A stretch of 64,000 nucleotides of DNA. Source: Patescibacteria group bacterium. Its GTDB lineage: Bacteria > Patescibacteriota > Patescibacteriia > UBA9570. A model generated the notes under the pieces. That model had not been told where the DNA came from and searched no databases. It worked only from the letters and a program-made list of their open reading frames with translations. The stretch's first letter is position 1. Each line of letters opens with the position of its first letter. Below are positions 1 to 9,324 of the stretch, piece after piece. The stretch covers positions 290,268 to 354,267 of the forward strand of contig JBAZWO010000001.1 of assembly GCA_041660305.1 (NCBI GenBank). The letters are read 5' to 3'. The translations under genes and the position numbers were made by a program.

Positions 1-714
1 CTGTCGATGTTGATTGATATATCCACTCATAAACAATACTGGATAATCAATATATTTTACCAACACTAAATACAATACCATTAAAATACGACCCGTTCTG
101 CCATTTCCATCGTAAAATGGATGAATAGCTTCAAATTGATAATGCAATAATGCCATTCTAACTAATGGGTCAGGATCTACCTGTTTTTGTTCATTATAAT
201 AACTCTCATAATTTTTGAGAAAATCTCGTATGGTTCGTTCTCCTTCTGGTGGCGTATAAATAATTTCATTCGTTAAACTATTTTTAATACTGGTACCGGG
301 TAACTTGCGAATACCACCTTTGGTTGGTTCAATAGTATGTTGAATTGCCAAATAAGAATTAGTGTTTAAAAATTGTTGGTTTTTTAATAACTCAAAACCA
401 TATAATAATGCTTTGGTATAATGCAACGTCTCTTTTTGTTCTTTAGTAATTTCAACATCAGGTAATACTTCAGCCCGAAATATTTCAGCTACTGTAGTAT
501 TAATATTTTCAATTTGTGAACTAGCTACTGCTTCACGGACAGTTAATGGTTTTACCAGTAAATATGGGTTGGGCAATCCAAGTAAAAAGGCATTAAGCCT
601 AGCTAATTGGATATTAGCTCGATTTACGGCTTTTAAAATTTCAACATCATCCAAATTGGTTGGCGGTAAAAGTGGCAAATGGTTATTAGGAATATTTGGC
701 TGAAATTTACTCAT
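1..714 (-). CDS. Fic/DOC family protein, partial (C-terminus runs off the window edge)
   Basis: My own minus-strand translation from ATG (714-712) stays open to base 1: MSKFQPNIPNNHLPLLPPTNLDDVEILKAV... It contains the Fic catalytic motif HPFYDGNGRTGR (His codon at 123-121). SSQIEN matches the [ST]xxxE[GN] auto-inhibition motif. It is absent from the ORF track because no stop lies inside the window. Confidence 0.85.
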   Translation of the reverse strand, partial: MSKFQPNIPNNHLPLLPPTNLDDVEILKAVNRANIQLARLNAFLLGLPNPYLLVKPLTVREAVASSQIENINTTVAEIFRAEVLPDVEITKEQKETLHYTKALLYGFELLKNQQFLNTNSYLAIQHTIEPTKGGIRKLPGTSIKNSLTNEIIYTPPEGERTIRDFLKNYESYYNEQKQVDPDPLVRMALLHYQFEAIHPFYDGNGRTGRILMVLYLVLVKYIDYPVLFMSGYINQHRQ

Positions 715-732
715 GTTCAGTATTCTATATTA

Positions 733-762
733 TTTGGACATGTCTGTCAAATCATGTCCAAA
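733..762. promoter_or_regulatory. Perfect 10-bp inverted repeat upstream of fic (operator-like)
   Basis: TTTGGACATG-N10-CATGTCCAAA (733-742 / 753-762), 19 bp upstream of the fic ATG and next to a TAATAT -10-like box (727-732, minus strand). It could alternatively be a stem downstream of the agmatinase gene, but there is no U-tract. Confidence 0.3.
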
Positions 763-877
763 GGCTACTCATGAACAACGGCTGAATATTTATATCACAG
801 CTTACACAGATGAATTAATTTAATTTGTATTATCAGTGCCATCAGTATTTTATCTGCGACATCTGTGATCCAACTCA

Positions 878-1747
878 TTACAGAAACTTATACCCCAGCA
901 ATTTATACACTAATTTCGCTACCAAAAAATCAGAGGGCTGGCTGTGTTCATGCGGAGCTAGTTCAACTACATCGAAACCCACTATTTCTTTTTGTTTAAA
1001 CAATTTTCTTAAAAATTTTAAAGTGGGATACCATAACAATCCTCCGGGCTCTGGCGTGCCGGTAGCTGGAATAATTGACGGATCAAAACCATCTACATCA
1101 ATAGTAACGTACACATGCTTACTTAGCTTGTTAATAGCCACTTCATGCCAATTATCATTATCAACTATATCTTTAGCATAAAACACTGGATATTTTTTTT
1201 GTTTAATGATTTCGGCTTCTTCTACACATTGGGCGCGAATGCCAATTTGCACCGCCGGACAATAATCTCTAATACGCGCTAACGCGCAGGCATGATTATA
1301 ACGCGAACCTTCATATTCTTCTCGTAAATCAGAATGGGCATCGATTTGTAGCACTGATAAATCACTATATTGCTCTTTTAACGCTTTTACTGCGCCAACA
1401 CTAATGGAATGTTCACCGCCAAAAATCACCGGAAATTTATTATCAGCCAGCACTGTTTTAGCAGCCAAATATAATTGTGCACTGGCATCCTCCGGCTGTT
1501 CCAGGCCAGCAATTGTTTCGGTAGTATGAATGCCCTGCTCAAATACACTGCCATTTAATTCCTCGTCATACAATTCCATATAACGCGACGCGTCCATAAT
1601 GGCGCGCGGTCCTTGCGCCGTGCCCTTCAAATAAGAGGCTGTGCCATCGTAAGCCACTGGAATTATTACCACCTTAGCCGCCGGATAAGCCGCTTGTTCA
1701 TCGGTTAACCCCCCGTAATTAAACTGTACGCGTTTTTTTACATCCAT
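878..1747 (-). CDS. speB: Agmatinase (arginase/ureohydrolase family)
   Basis: 289 aa with ureohydrolase Mn-site motifs GGEHSIS, DAHSDLR and TIDVDGFDPS. It lies directly downstream of a PLP decarboxylase. Confidence 0.85.
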   Translation of the reverse strand: MDVKKRVQFNYGGLTDEQAAYPAAKVVIIPVAYDGTASYLKGTAQGPRAIMDASRYMELYDEELNGSVFEQGIHTTETIAGLEQPEDASAQLYLAAKTVLADNKFPVIFGGEHSISVGAVKALKEQYSDLSVLQIDAHSDLREEYEGSRYNHACALARIRDYCPAVQIGIRAQCVEEAEIIKQKKYPVFYAKDIVDNDNWHEVAINKLSKHVYVTIDVDGFDPSIIPATGTPEPGGLLWYPTLKFLRKLFKQKEIVGFDVVELAPHEHSQPSDFLVAKLVYKLLGYKFL

Positions 1748-1753
1748 AGATAA

Positions 1754-3169
1754 TTAAGCTTTGGGATTATTTTTTTTGCTAATTTGATTTGGTTGATTAG
1801 TGCCCCATAAGCGGTCTAAATTAACGCGGAACAAATTATAGTATTTCTTTAATTCATCCGGATCACCATAGGCTTTTAATACGTCCATTTCCGGGGCGAA
1901 CATTTCGGAGTAGCGATCTCGCCGGCGGATTAATTTACTGGCGCCGTCTTCGTATACCATTACAATTGGGGCACGTTTTAAGGTATTAAAGTTAGAAGCC
2001 ATGACCGTGCTATAAGCCCCGCAATCCATAATCGCTAGCAGATCATCTTCCTGTAAATAAGGTAATTTACGATTCTGGCCAATTACATCTATGCAATCAC
2101 AAGTACAGCCACAAATATTATAAGTATTAGTAGGCTGTTTATCAATTAAATTAACTGGTAAAATATTATAAAATGCTTTTAAAATTAATACATCCGGCAC
2201 AAAACCATAAGTAGAGCCATCGGTAATAACCATTTCTTGCTGGGTTAACTGTTTTTTACTAATTACTTTTACTACCCCAAACGTAGAGTTAGCCACGATA
2301 TATTTGCCTGGCTCTAAAATCAAATACGGCAACACTAAATCGTGTTTTTTTACCAGCTTTCTCAACAAATCAATTAGCTTGCCGCCAAAATCTTCCGGCG
2401 CATACTCTTTGTCTTCCGTATCAATAGGATAACCGCCACCTAAATCTAGTGTTTTTATTTCCACGCCTCTTTTATCACAATACACCATTAAATCCAGCAT
2501 GATTTTTAACACCTCTAAATACACTTGGTATTTTGTAACGTAGCCACCGTGAAAATGAAAACCAATGATATTTAAGTATTCTGATTGTATCGCGTAATCA
2601 ATGGCTTCTTGCACAAACGGCAATGGTATACCGTATTGCTGTTTGGTGCTGGTGTAGCCGTCTATGGTAAGCAAGGGATTCAAGCGGATAAAAATATCCA
2701 CTTTACGATTTATTTTTTCACCCACTTTTTCTATGCGCCGCAATTCCTCCAGGGAATCGGCGGTAATAGCGTGCACGCCAACTTGTGCGGCAAAATGGAT
2801 ATCTTGTTCGCTTTTATATAAATTAGTAAACGTAATTTGGTGCGGTTCAAAATCGGCTAATAACGCCAAAATAATTTCTCCCACGCTGCTAGCATCTATT
2901 TCACCGCCTTCTTCGCGCACGATATTTAAAATCTCTAAATTACTATTGCATTTAGAAGCGTACTGCACACGTAACTTGTGATAAGGAAAAGCGGCTGCGA
3001 AATTGCGAAAATTTTCTCTAATTTTTCTATCTACCGTAACATAGGCTGGCGTACCGTATTTTTTTACAATATCTATCACCGGCACCCCTTCTACCATTAG
3101 CTCGCCGTTTTTAGCGGACAAATAATTCCACCCCGGCTTTAAATAGCTATTCGTTGATATTTTGGCCAT
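1754..3169 (-). CDS. Fold-type III PLP-dependent decarboxylase (Orn/DAP/Arg decarboxylase family), probable arginine decarboxylase
   Basis: 471 aa with a PLP-lysine region (YASKCN), HFHGG, GGGYP, EPGKY and a C-terminal CGCTCDCID motif. Substrate is inferred only from the pairing with agmatinase. Confidence 0.75.
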   Translation of the reverse strand: MAKISTNSYLKPGWNYLSAKNGELMVEGVPVIDIVKKYGTPAYVTVDRKIRENFRNFAAAFPYHKLRVQYASKCNSNLEILNIVREEGGEIDASSVGEIILALLADFEPHQITFTNLYKSEQDIHFAAQVGVHAITADSLEELRRIEKVGEKINRKVDIFIRLNPLLTIDGYTSTKQQYGIPLPFVQEAIDYAIQSEYLNIIGFHFHGGYVTKYQVYLEVLKIMLDLMVYCDKRGVEIKTLDLGGGYPIDTEDKEYAPEDFGGKLIDLLRKLVKKHDLVLPYLILEPGKYIVANSTFGVVKVISKKQLTQQEMVITDGSTYGFVPDVLILKAFYNILPVNLIDKQPTNTYNICGCTCDCIDVIGQNRKLPYLQEDDLLAIMDCGAYSTVMASNFNTLKRAPIVMVYEDGASKLIRRRDRYSEMFAPEMDVLKAYGDPDELKKYYNLFRVNLDRLWGTNQPNQISKKNNPKA

Positions 3170-3212
3170 TTAATTTGACACAATAAATAATTTAATTAAC
3201 AATCACCATATC

Positions 3213-4235
3213 ATGAACCAGTCTATTGTACAAGGCATTATTGCAAAAGTCGAGGAATACTTGGCTGTGCCCGCTGTTATCCGTTTTGAACAAGTTTTTC
3301 TGCGCTATTTAGCGGCTGATTTTAAAAAACTCGGTTGCGCTGTAAATTTATCAAAACATCTATTAATAATCCATAAGCCAACCGCTAAAAATAAGCGCGT
3401 ACTACTTATTCATTGCGATAGAAACGGCTTAATAATAAATGAACAAGGCCATATTGAGTATGCCGATTTTCATGCCAGAAAACATTACAGCGAACCGATT
3501 AATTTTTCTAAACACCTGATTGAATACTGTGCTGATAATTTCCTAAACGAACCGGTGTACGCTTACACTAAAACTGGAAAAACATTAGCTACCGGCATTG
3601 TAACGGCGGCTCGCTATCATGCCCGTAAGCAGCAATTATTATTTAAAATAGCTGGCTTTAAAAAATTACCAATTCATACCCCTATTGCTTATAAACCACA
3701 ACTTTTACAACTTAATACCCGTATCGCCGGACAATTAGATAACGTAATCAGCGTGGCTGTAGCGTATCAACTAGCTAAGCAAGGCTTAAATGTGCATATT
3801 GTTTTTTCTACTGAAGAAGAAATTGGCCGCAGTTGGCGCCACACTATGCCATATCTATCCGCTTTAGCCCATACTCAAGAATTAATTACGTTAGACACCA
3901 CTCCCTATAATCATACCCACGCTATTAATGCAGGGTTGGTAATATTGCGTAACCGTGATGAACATTATCATTTTAACAATAAACTGGTAAACGAGCTGGA
4001 AACTCTTTGTCGACAACAACATATTCCATTTGCATATAAAGATAAACAACCAAAACATAAAATTACCAAAACCATCGGCAAAACTGAACTAGGCCGCATT
4101 GCTCGCGCTACGCAAGGCGTTTGTAATGGTGCTACCATCCAATTGCCAACTTGTTATTATCACACTAACCATGAAACAACCTCGCCGCTGGCTTTGTATA
4201 ATTATTATACTTTAATCGCCAAATGTTTAAAATAA
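3213..4235 (+). CDS. Hypothetical protein, weak M42/M20-like metallopeptidase resemblance
   Basis: 340 aa. It has ordered candidate metal-ligand motifs (IHCDRNG, GQLDN, TEEEIG, ITLDT, C-terminal HTNHE) reminiscent of dinuclear aminopeptidases. This is motif-level evidence only. Confidence 0.4.
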   Translation: MNQSIVQGIIAKVEEYLAVPAVIRFEQVFLRYLAADFKKLGCAVNLSKHLLIIHKPTAKNKRVLLIHCDRNGLIINEQGHIEYADFHARKHYSEPINFSKHLIEYCADNFLNEPVYAYTKTGKTLATGIVTAARYHARKQQLLFKIAGFKKLPIHTPIAYKPQLLQLNTRIAGQLDNVISVAVAYQLAKQGLNVHIVFSTEEEIGRSWRHTMPYLSALAHTQELITLDTTPYNHTHAINAGLVILRNRDEHYHFNNKLVNELETLCRQQHIPFAYKDKQPKHKITKTIGKTELGRIARATQGVCNGATIQLPTCYYHTNHETTSPLALYNYYTLIAKCLK

Positions 4236-6860
4236 ATAAATCATATCGGATTTTTTCTTAGACCGATTATTGCCCTTATCTTTAAATTGAACATATACTC
4301 GTTTTTTACCAGTCTTACTATTGCCACCGTAGCGTGTTTCAGTTAATGACCAGGCTTGTTTTACCTTTTTATATTTTTCCCAAGCTGACCATTTTTTCCC
4401 GTTATTAGAAAAACGCATCTTTTTTACTTTACTACCTGTATCTTTAGCGCTTAATAAAATATCCACGAATATACTATTAGTCAATCCTTGACCATGATTA
4501 AGCACAATAGAACCTTTTGGCGAAATACCATCAATAATTAAACTTGTATCCTCAGATAAATTAGCTGGCAAACCAAATTCTGTGGTGCTGTTATATGCTG
4601 CATCTACAATGCTACCTGTAATTTGTTGCACCGCTAAAACTTGCGTTAAATCACCGGTTTGCACCACATAAGCACAAGTACCGGTTTCCGCTTGACTTAC
4701 TGTTATAGTACAACTTTGATCAATAATACCAGTTTCTAACAATACAGTTATATCTGTAGTAGTAGTGACTAGTTCAGAAAATAATAAACCTACCGTAACA
4801 CTTTGTTTTTTACCAACTACTTTAGTATCAGCTGTAAACTCTACTCCAGTAATAGTAGGCGTTGTCGTATCTATGATAATTACAACCATATCACTTAAAT
4901 TAGCTACTGGCGTAAAATCAGTTATGTTATAATTATCTTCATCCACTACTGTACCAGTAATACTAGCCACGTCTAACGCCGTTACATCATCACCAGCTTG
5001 CACGATATAATCACAACTGCCATTATTAGCACTACTAATATTAAAGGCACAAGTTTTATTGTTATTCAAAGTTACAGTTACTACACCAGTAGCTGTAACT
5101 AATTTGGAAAAATTAACATGAATATCAACTACTTCGCCAACTTTATAACTACCCGCTAACTTATTGGAAGTAATGCTAGATACATAAGCCATATTATCTA
5201 ACTCAGCACAATTTGGTTGTACTCTAGTTTCACCACTACAATAACCAGCCTGATCCATTTCAACCGCTTTGAGAGCTTTTTTTACTTGTTTACAATCGAC
5301 GCTGCTATATAAATCGGCACAAGCAGCTAACAACGCGCTATAAGTTTGATTAAACGTACTACTGGCTGTTAAATAAGTAGTAAGTGCCCGATAAAAAATT
5401 TGTTCCTGTTTGGCTCTACCAAGGCCAGTAATAGAACAACCATTAAACGTACCACCTTGTACCATCAAATAAGCCGCATAACCAGGCACGGTGCCATTAT
5501 GATGTACTCCCCCACCATCGCCGCTACCACAAAAATAATTTTCACTAAAAAACCTATCTGGATACGGTATCGCAAACGTATCGTCTGTCATACCGGCTGG
5601 ATTACTTAAACTACGTAATGGAGCGGACATGCCTGTGGCAGTAATATCTTCTCCAATTTGCCAATCACCGCTGCCTTCATAATAATTTTCAAACGCGTCC
5701 GCAAAAATATCGGAATACGCTTCACTTAACGCACCAGATTCGCCACTATAAATTAAACCACCACCCGGTACAGAATACATTGATACGGCATGGGTGTATT
5801 CATGCCCAACACTGTCTGTGGTAACTAAGCCAGCACAAAAATTAATTGAATAGCCATCAAAATAAGCATTTGGACAATCACCCGGTGTTACACCATCTAA
5901 ATACACAAAACCGTCTGTACTGGTTTCCGGCGCATATAAACCATCACCAATACCGCCTAAATTGTTACCACCATCTCTACCAAATGTTGCTGCATAATAA
6001 TTATGTACGCCATTAACCAGATCATATAAATTATCTAAATCTTCATTGCCATATACCGGATTAGTACCGCGTACAGTTGTACCTTCTGAACGTCCATAGG
6101 TATAACCATAAATAGTAGTATCTAATAAACACGGCCATCCCCAGGTACAATCATAAATCCGCCGACTAACAGCTGTTTGCTGATGAGTAACTTGATACAA
6201 CAAGCTACCGTTTTGCGCATCAATAAAAAATGTTTCGTGTTGTTTAGGTTTTAATTGATTTAATTCTATCACCCAAGCTAAACGATTGTCATTATCATCG
6301 TAATTAAGAATAAATCCTTTATTAAACACTACTAATTGTGCACTCACTACTACTGGGTGAATAGTATTAAATTGGCTTTGCCAATAGCCAGCTGCTCGGC
6401 TACTAGCTTCTTGCTGTGTTAAACTTGGTATAGAATTTATGGCTATATCAGATATAACCCGCCCATTAACCGTGGCTTTACTATTAATATTTTTATAATG
6501 CACCAACATATGTGCTCCATATACTGGCAAACCACGATAAGTTTGCTCGTAACCAATATGATTAATACCAAACCGATCCCGCTCATGAGTAATTGGCTCT
6601 AATGTTGTATCTATATCCGACTGAATACCAGTGTGTTCTGCCGTTTGTTTAAGTAATTGTTTACTAATAGCCACTGGATCCACTTGATTACTAAGACTAT
6701 TACCATTATTAGGATTATTTAAACGTTCTTTATTAAAGATATTAATATTATCTATAGCTTGTGCTGGACAGCTTAAACCAAATACCAAATAATTAACCAC
6801 AAAAAAAACTGTTAACAAAACAGTAAATCGAAAAATTTTCTCCTCCCTAACTTGATACAT
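4227..6860 (-). CDS. Secreted thermolysin-like zinc metalloprotease (peptidase M4) with long C-terminal repeat region
   Basis: 877 aa with an N-terminal hydrophobic anchor/signal. The M4 zinc site is VGHEYTHAV plus GALSEAYSDIF. The C-terminal roughly 300 aa are Thr/Val-rich Ig-like repeats. Confidence 0.85.
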   Translation of the reverse strand: MYQVREEKIFRFTVLLTVFFVVNYLVFGLSCPAQAIDNINIFNKERLNNPNNGNSLSNQVDPVAISKQLLKQTAEHTGIQSDIDTTLEPITHERDRFGINHIGYEQTYRGLPVYGAHMLVHYKNINSKATVNGRVISDIAINSIPSLTQQEASSRAAGYWQSQFNTIHPVVVSAQLVVFNKGFILNYDDNDNRLAWVIELNQLKPKQHETFFIDAQNGSLLYQVTHQQTAVSRRIYDCTWGWPCLLDTTIYGYTYGRSEGTTVRGTNPVYGNEDLDNLYDLVNGVHNYYAATFGRDGGNNLGGIGDGLYAPETSTDGFVYLDGVTPGDCPNAYFDGYSINFCAGLVTTDSVGHEYTHAVSMYSVPGGGLIYSGESGALSEAYSDIFADAFENYYEGSGDWQIGEDITATGMSAPLRSLSNPAGMTDDTFAIPYPDRFFSENYFCGSGDGGGVHHNGTVPGYAAYLMVQGGTFNGCSITGLGRAKQEQIFYRALTTYLTASSTFNQTYSALLAACADLYSSVDCKQVKKALKAVEMDQAGYCSGETRVQPNCAELDNMAYVSSITSNKLAGSYKVGEVVDIHVNFSKLVTATGVVTVTLNNNKTCAFNISSANNGSCDYIVQAGDDVTALDVASITGTVVDEDNYNITDFTPVANLSDMVVIIIDTTTPTITGVEFTADTKVVGKKQSVTVGLLFSELVTTTTDITVLLETGIIDQSCTITVSQAETGTCAYVVQTGDLTQVLAVQQITGSIVDAAYNSTTEFGLPANLSEDTSLIIDGISPKGSIVLNHGQGLTNSIFVDILLSAKDTGSKVKKMRFSNNGKKWSAWEKYKKVKQAWSLTETRYGGNSKTGKKRVYVQFKDKGNNRSKKKSDMIYLF

Positions 6861-6911
6861 TTTTTTAATTTTTATTTTAAATTATAATAATTATATCATT
6901 TTTTTTAAATT

Positions 6912-6939
6912 TTGTAAATACGTAAATTATTGCTACAAT
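6912..6939 (+). promoter_or_regulatory. Sigma70-like promoter TTGTAA-N16-TACAAT, start codon 6 nt downstream (leaderless candidate)
   Basis: TTGTAA at 6912-6917, TACAAT at 6934-6939, ATG at 6946. No SD sequence is present. Confidence 0.5.
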
Positions 6940-6945
6940 ATAACT

Positions 6946-9318
6946 ATGTCTAACTTATTAATTTCATTGTCTGAACTTTCTAAGCAAAATCTTACCCGAG
7001 CCGGTGGTAAAGGCGCCGCTTTAGGTGAATTAATTCAAGCTGGTCTGCCGGTACCTCCTGGCTTTGTAATTTTAGCAGCTACTTTTAAACAAAATTTACC
7101 GGAACAACAAATTCTGGAACAATTTGATAAATTAAACGTAATACAAGTAGCCGTGCGCTCTAGCGCTATTATGGAAGATGGCCAACAAGCCGCCTGGGCC
7201 GGGCAACTAGATAGCGTACTAAATGTTACTAGAAATAATTTAATAATTGCTATTAAAAAATGCAGGGCTTCATTAGATAACGCCCGCGTAAAAGCTTATA
7301 GCCAAGCACATCAACCAGCTGGCGCCACACAAACTATGGCTGTAATCGTACAAGCCATGATTCCTAGTGAGTATTCTGGCGTGATGTTTTCACAACATCC
7401 TACCCAACCCAATAATAATATCGTAATAGAAGCCGTGCCAGGCTTAGGCGAACAACTGGTATCTGGCACTGTAACACCAGATCATTATGAATTAGAAAAA
7501 AACACCTTAACCATTACCAAACAAAACCTAACTAATCAGCAACCATTATTAAATAAAGCATCATTACAAGACCTGGCTAAATTAGTTTTAAAAATAGAGC
7601 ACCATTTTGGTTGGCCGGTAGATGTTGAATGGACGATAGCTAATAAACAAATTTATATTGTCCAAAGCCGACCAATTACTGCATTAAACCAGCCTTTAAT
7701 CCAAGCTGATGTCTGGTCAAACATGAACTTGGCCGAAATATTACCGGGCGTGAACCCACCATTGGTTACTAGTACATTAATCAGCCTGTTTAATCCGGCG
7801 GCTCAAGCTATTTTAAACATAAAAAATCCTATTACATTAATTCGCACTATTAAAGGCCGCTTATATTTTAACGTAACACTATTAAATAGCGCTTTACAAA
7901 ACATTATTCATAATCCAAATTTTTCTCTAACCAAGTTTTTCGGTGGCACCCAAACTACCGCCCAATTAACTACAGCTATTTCTTGGTCAGAAAAATTAAA
8001 TATTGGTTGGTTTGGTTTAAAAAGCCTGCCTCGTATTTATTATCCCACTACGATATTTTATAAACAAATTGCCAAAGTTCCAAAAAAAGTTACCCAACTA
8101 CAAGAGCAAATTAATGCTACTAAATCATTGCCGGCTTTACTAATGCTACAAACCGATTTATTAAATTATGTAAAAACTTACATGATTAATATAATGAAAG
8201 CTTTACTATTACCATTATCCAGTTACTTTATTTATAGCTATTTTTGTCAACGCTGGTTACCAACAAAATATTCTCCTCATGTTTTATTAGCGTCCGGTAA
8301 TGCCCAGCTACACCTAACACAAGCCTTTAATGACTTGTGGGATATTAGTGAAATTATCAAACAATATCCTGAATTATGTAAAAGATTTTTAGATAATTCA
8401 ATTATTACAACCAGTGCGGCTATATTAAATGAACAACCAATCATTACGCAACGTTTAAATAACTTTTTCAAAAATTACGGCTATCGCTGTGTCCAAGAAA
8501 TGAATTTTTCGAAACCACGTTGGCAAGAAGATCGTAGTTTTATTATGCAAATGTTAAAACAGTACATTATTACACCGGCGCAAAACAAGCCCCGGCTTAA
8601 ACAACAGAAAATAATGCAACAACAAACTAAATTATTACAAGATTTAAAGTTAACCTTGCCTCGTTGGAAATACTACTTATTAACTACCTTGTTAAATAAA
8701 GCCAAACGGGCTCAATATAATCGAGAGTGGGCTAAAGATGAGGCGTTAAAAATTATTGCCTGTTTACGAAACTTATATTTAAAAATTGGTCAGCAATTAG
8801 TTACCGAACATTACTTACAAGTACCAAACGATGTTTTTTTGTTAACCCATGAAGAATTACATAAAACCAAGCCAGACCAATATCAAGCTATTATCACCAA
8901 ACATAAACAAGATTACATAAACTACGAAAATGTTATTTTACCAGACATTATCACTAATCTAGATAAAATTGACTCTCCCACATTACCACCAAATACTGCT
9001 ACTAGTTTCACTGGCCTAGGCGTAAGCAATGGTTGTGTTACCGGCCTGGCCAGAATAGTACATAATATTACTGAAATTAATTTAGTACAGCCCGGCGAGA
9101 TTCTTGTTACCGATCACACCGACCCCGGTTGGACACCGGTGTTTGTAATAATTAAAGGTTTAGTTACCAACACTGGCGGCCTATTGTCTCATGCTTCCAT
9201 TGTAGCCCGTGAATATGGTTTGCCTGCGATAGTTAATATACCCCATGCTACCGAATATATAACAGACGGCCAAACCGTTACTGTGGATGCGAATAATGGT
9301 AAGGTGTATTTAAAATAA
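6946..9318 (+). CDS. PEP-utilising-enzyme family phosphotransferase (ATP-grasp N-domain plus swivel phosphohistidine domain, no PEP/pyruvate barrel)
   Basis: 790 aa. The N-terminus has PPDK_N-type motifs (LTRAGGKGAALGEL, VAVRSSAIMED). The C-terminus has TNTGGLLSHASIVAREYGLPA. The roughly 450-aa middle region has no recognisable motif. Confidence 0.75.
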   Translation: MSNLLISLSELSKQNLTRAGGKGAALGELIQAGLPVPPGFVILAATFKQNLPEQQILEQFDKLNVIQVAVRSSAIMEDGQQAAWAGQLDSVLNVTRNNLIIAIKKCRASLDNARVKAYSQAHQPAGATQTMAVIVQAMIPSEYSGVMFSQHPTQPNNNIVIEAVPGLGEQLVSGTVTPDHYELEKNTLTITKQNLTNQQPLLNKASLQDLAKLVLKIEHHFGWPVDVEWTIANKQIYIVQSRPITALNQPLIQADVWSNMNLAEILPGVNPPLVTSTLISLFNPAAQAILNIKNPITLIRTIKGRLYFNVTLLNSALQNIIHNPNFSLTKFFGGTQTTAQLTTAISWSEKLNIGWFGLKSLPRIYYPTTIFYKQIAKVPKKVTQLQEQINATKSLPALLMLQTDLLNYVKTYMINIMKALLLPLSSYFIYSYFCQRWLPTKYSPHVLLASGNAQLHLTQAFNDLWDISEIIKQYPELCKRFLDNSIITTSAAILNEQPIITQRLNNFFKNYGYRCVQEMNFSKPRWQEDRSFIMQMLKQYIITPAQNKPRLKQQKIMQQQTKLLQDLKLTLPRWKYYLLTTLLNKAKRAQYNREWAKDEALKIIACLRNLYLKIGQQLVTEHYLQVPNDVFLLTHEELHKTKPDQYQAIITKHKQDYINYENVILPDIITNLDKIDSPTLPPNTATSFTGLGVSNGCVTGLARIVHNITEINLVQPGEILVTDHTDPGWTPVFVIIKGLVTNTGGLLSHASIVAREYGLPAIVNIPHATEYITDGQTVTVDANNGKVYLK

Positions 9319-9324
9319 GTTTAA

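Noticed and set aside
825-1181. 118-aa plus-strand ORF
   Set aside because: It lies entirely antisense to the well-supported agmatinase gene. It has a low-complexity, Cys/Ser-rich translation, a TTG start and no motif.
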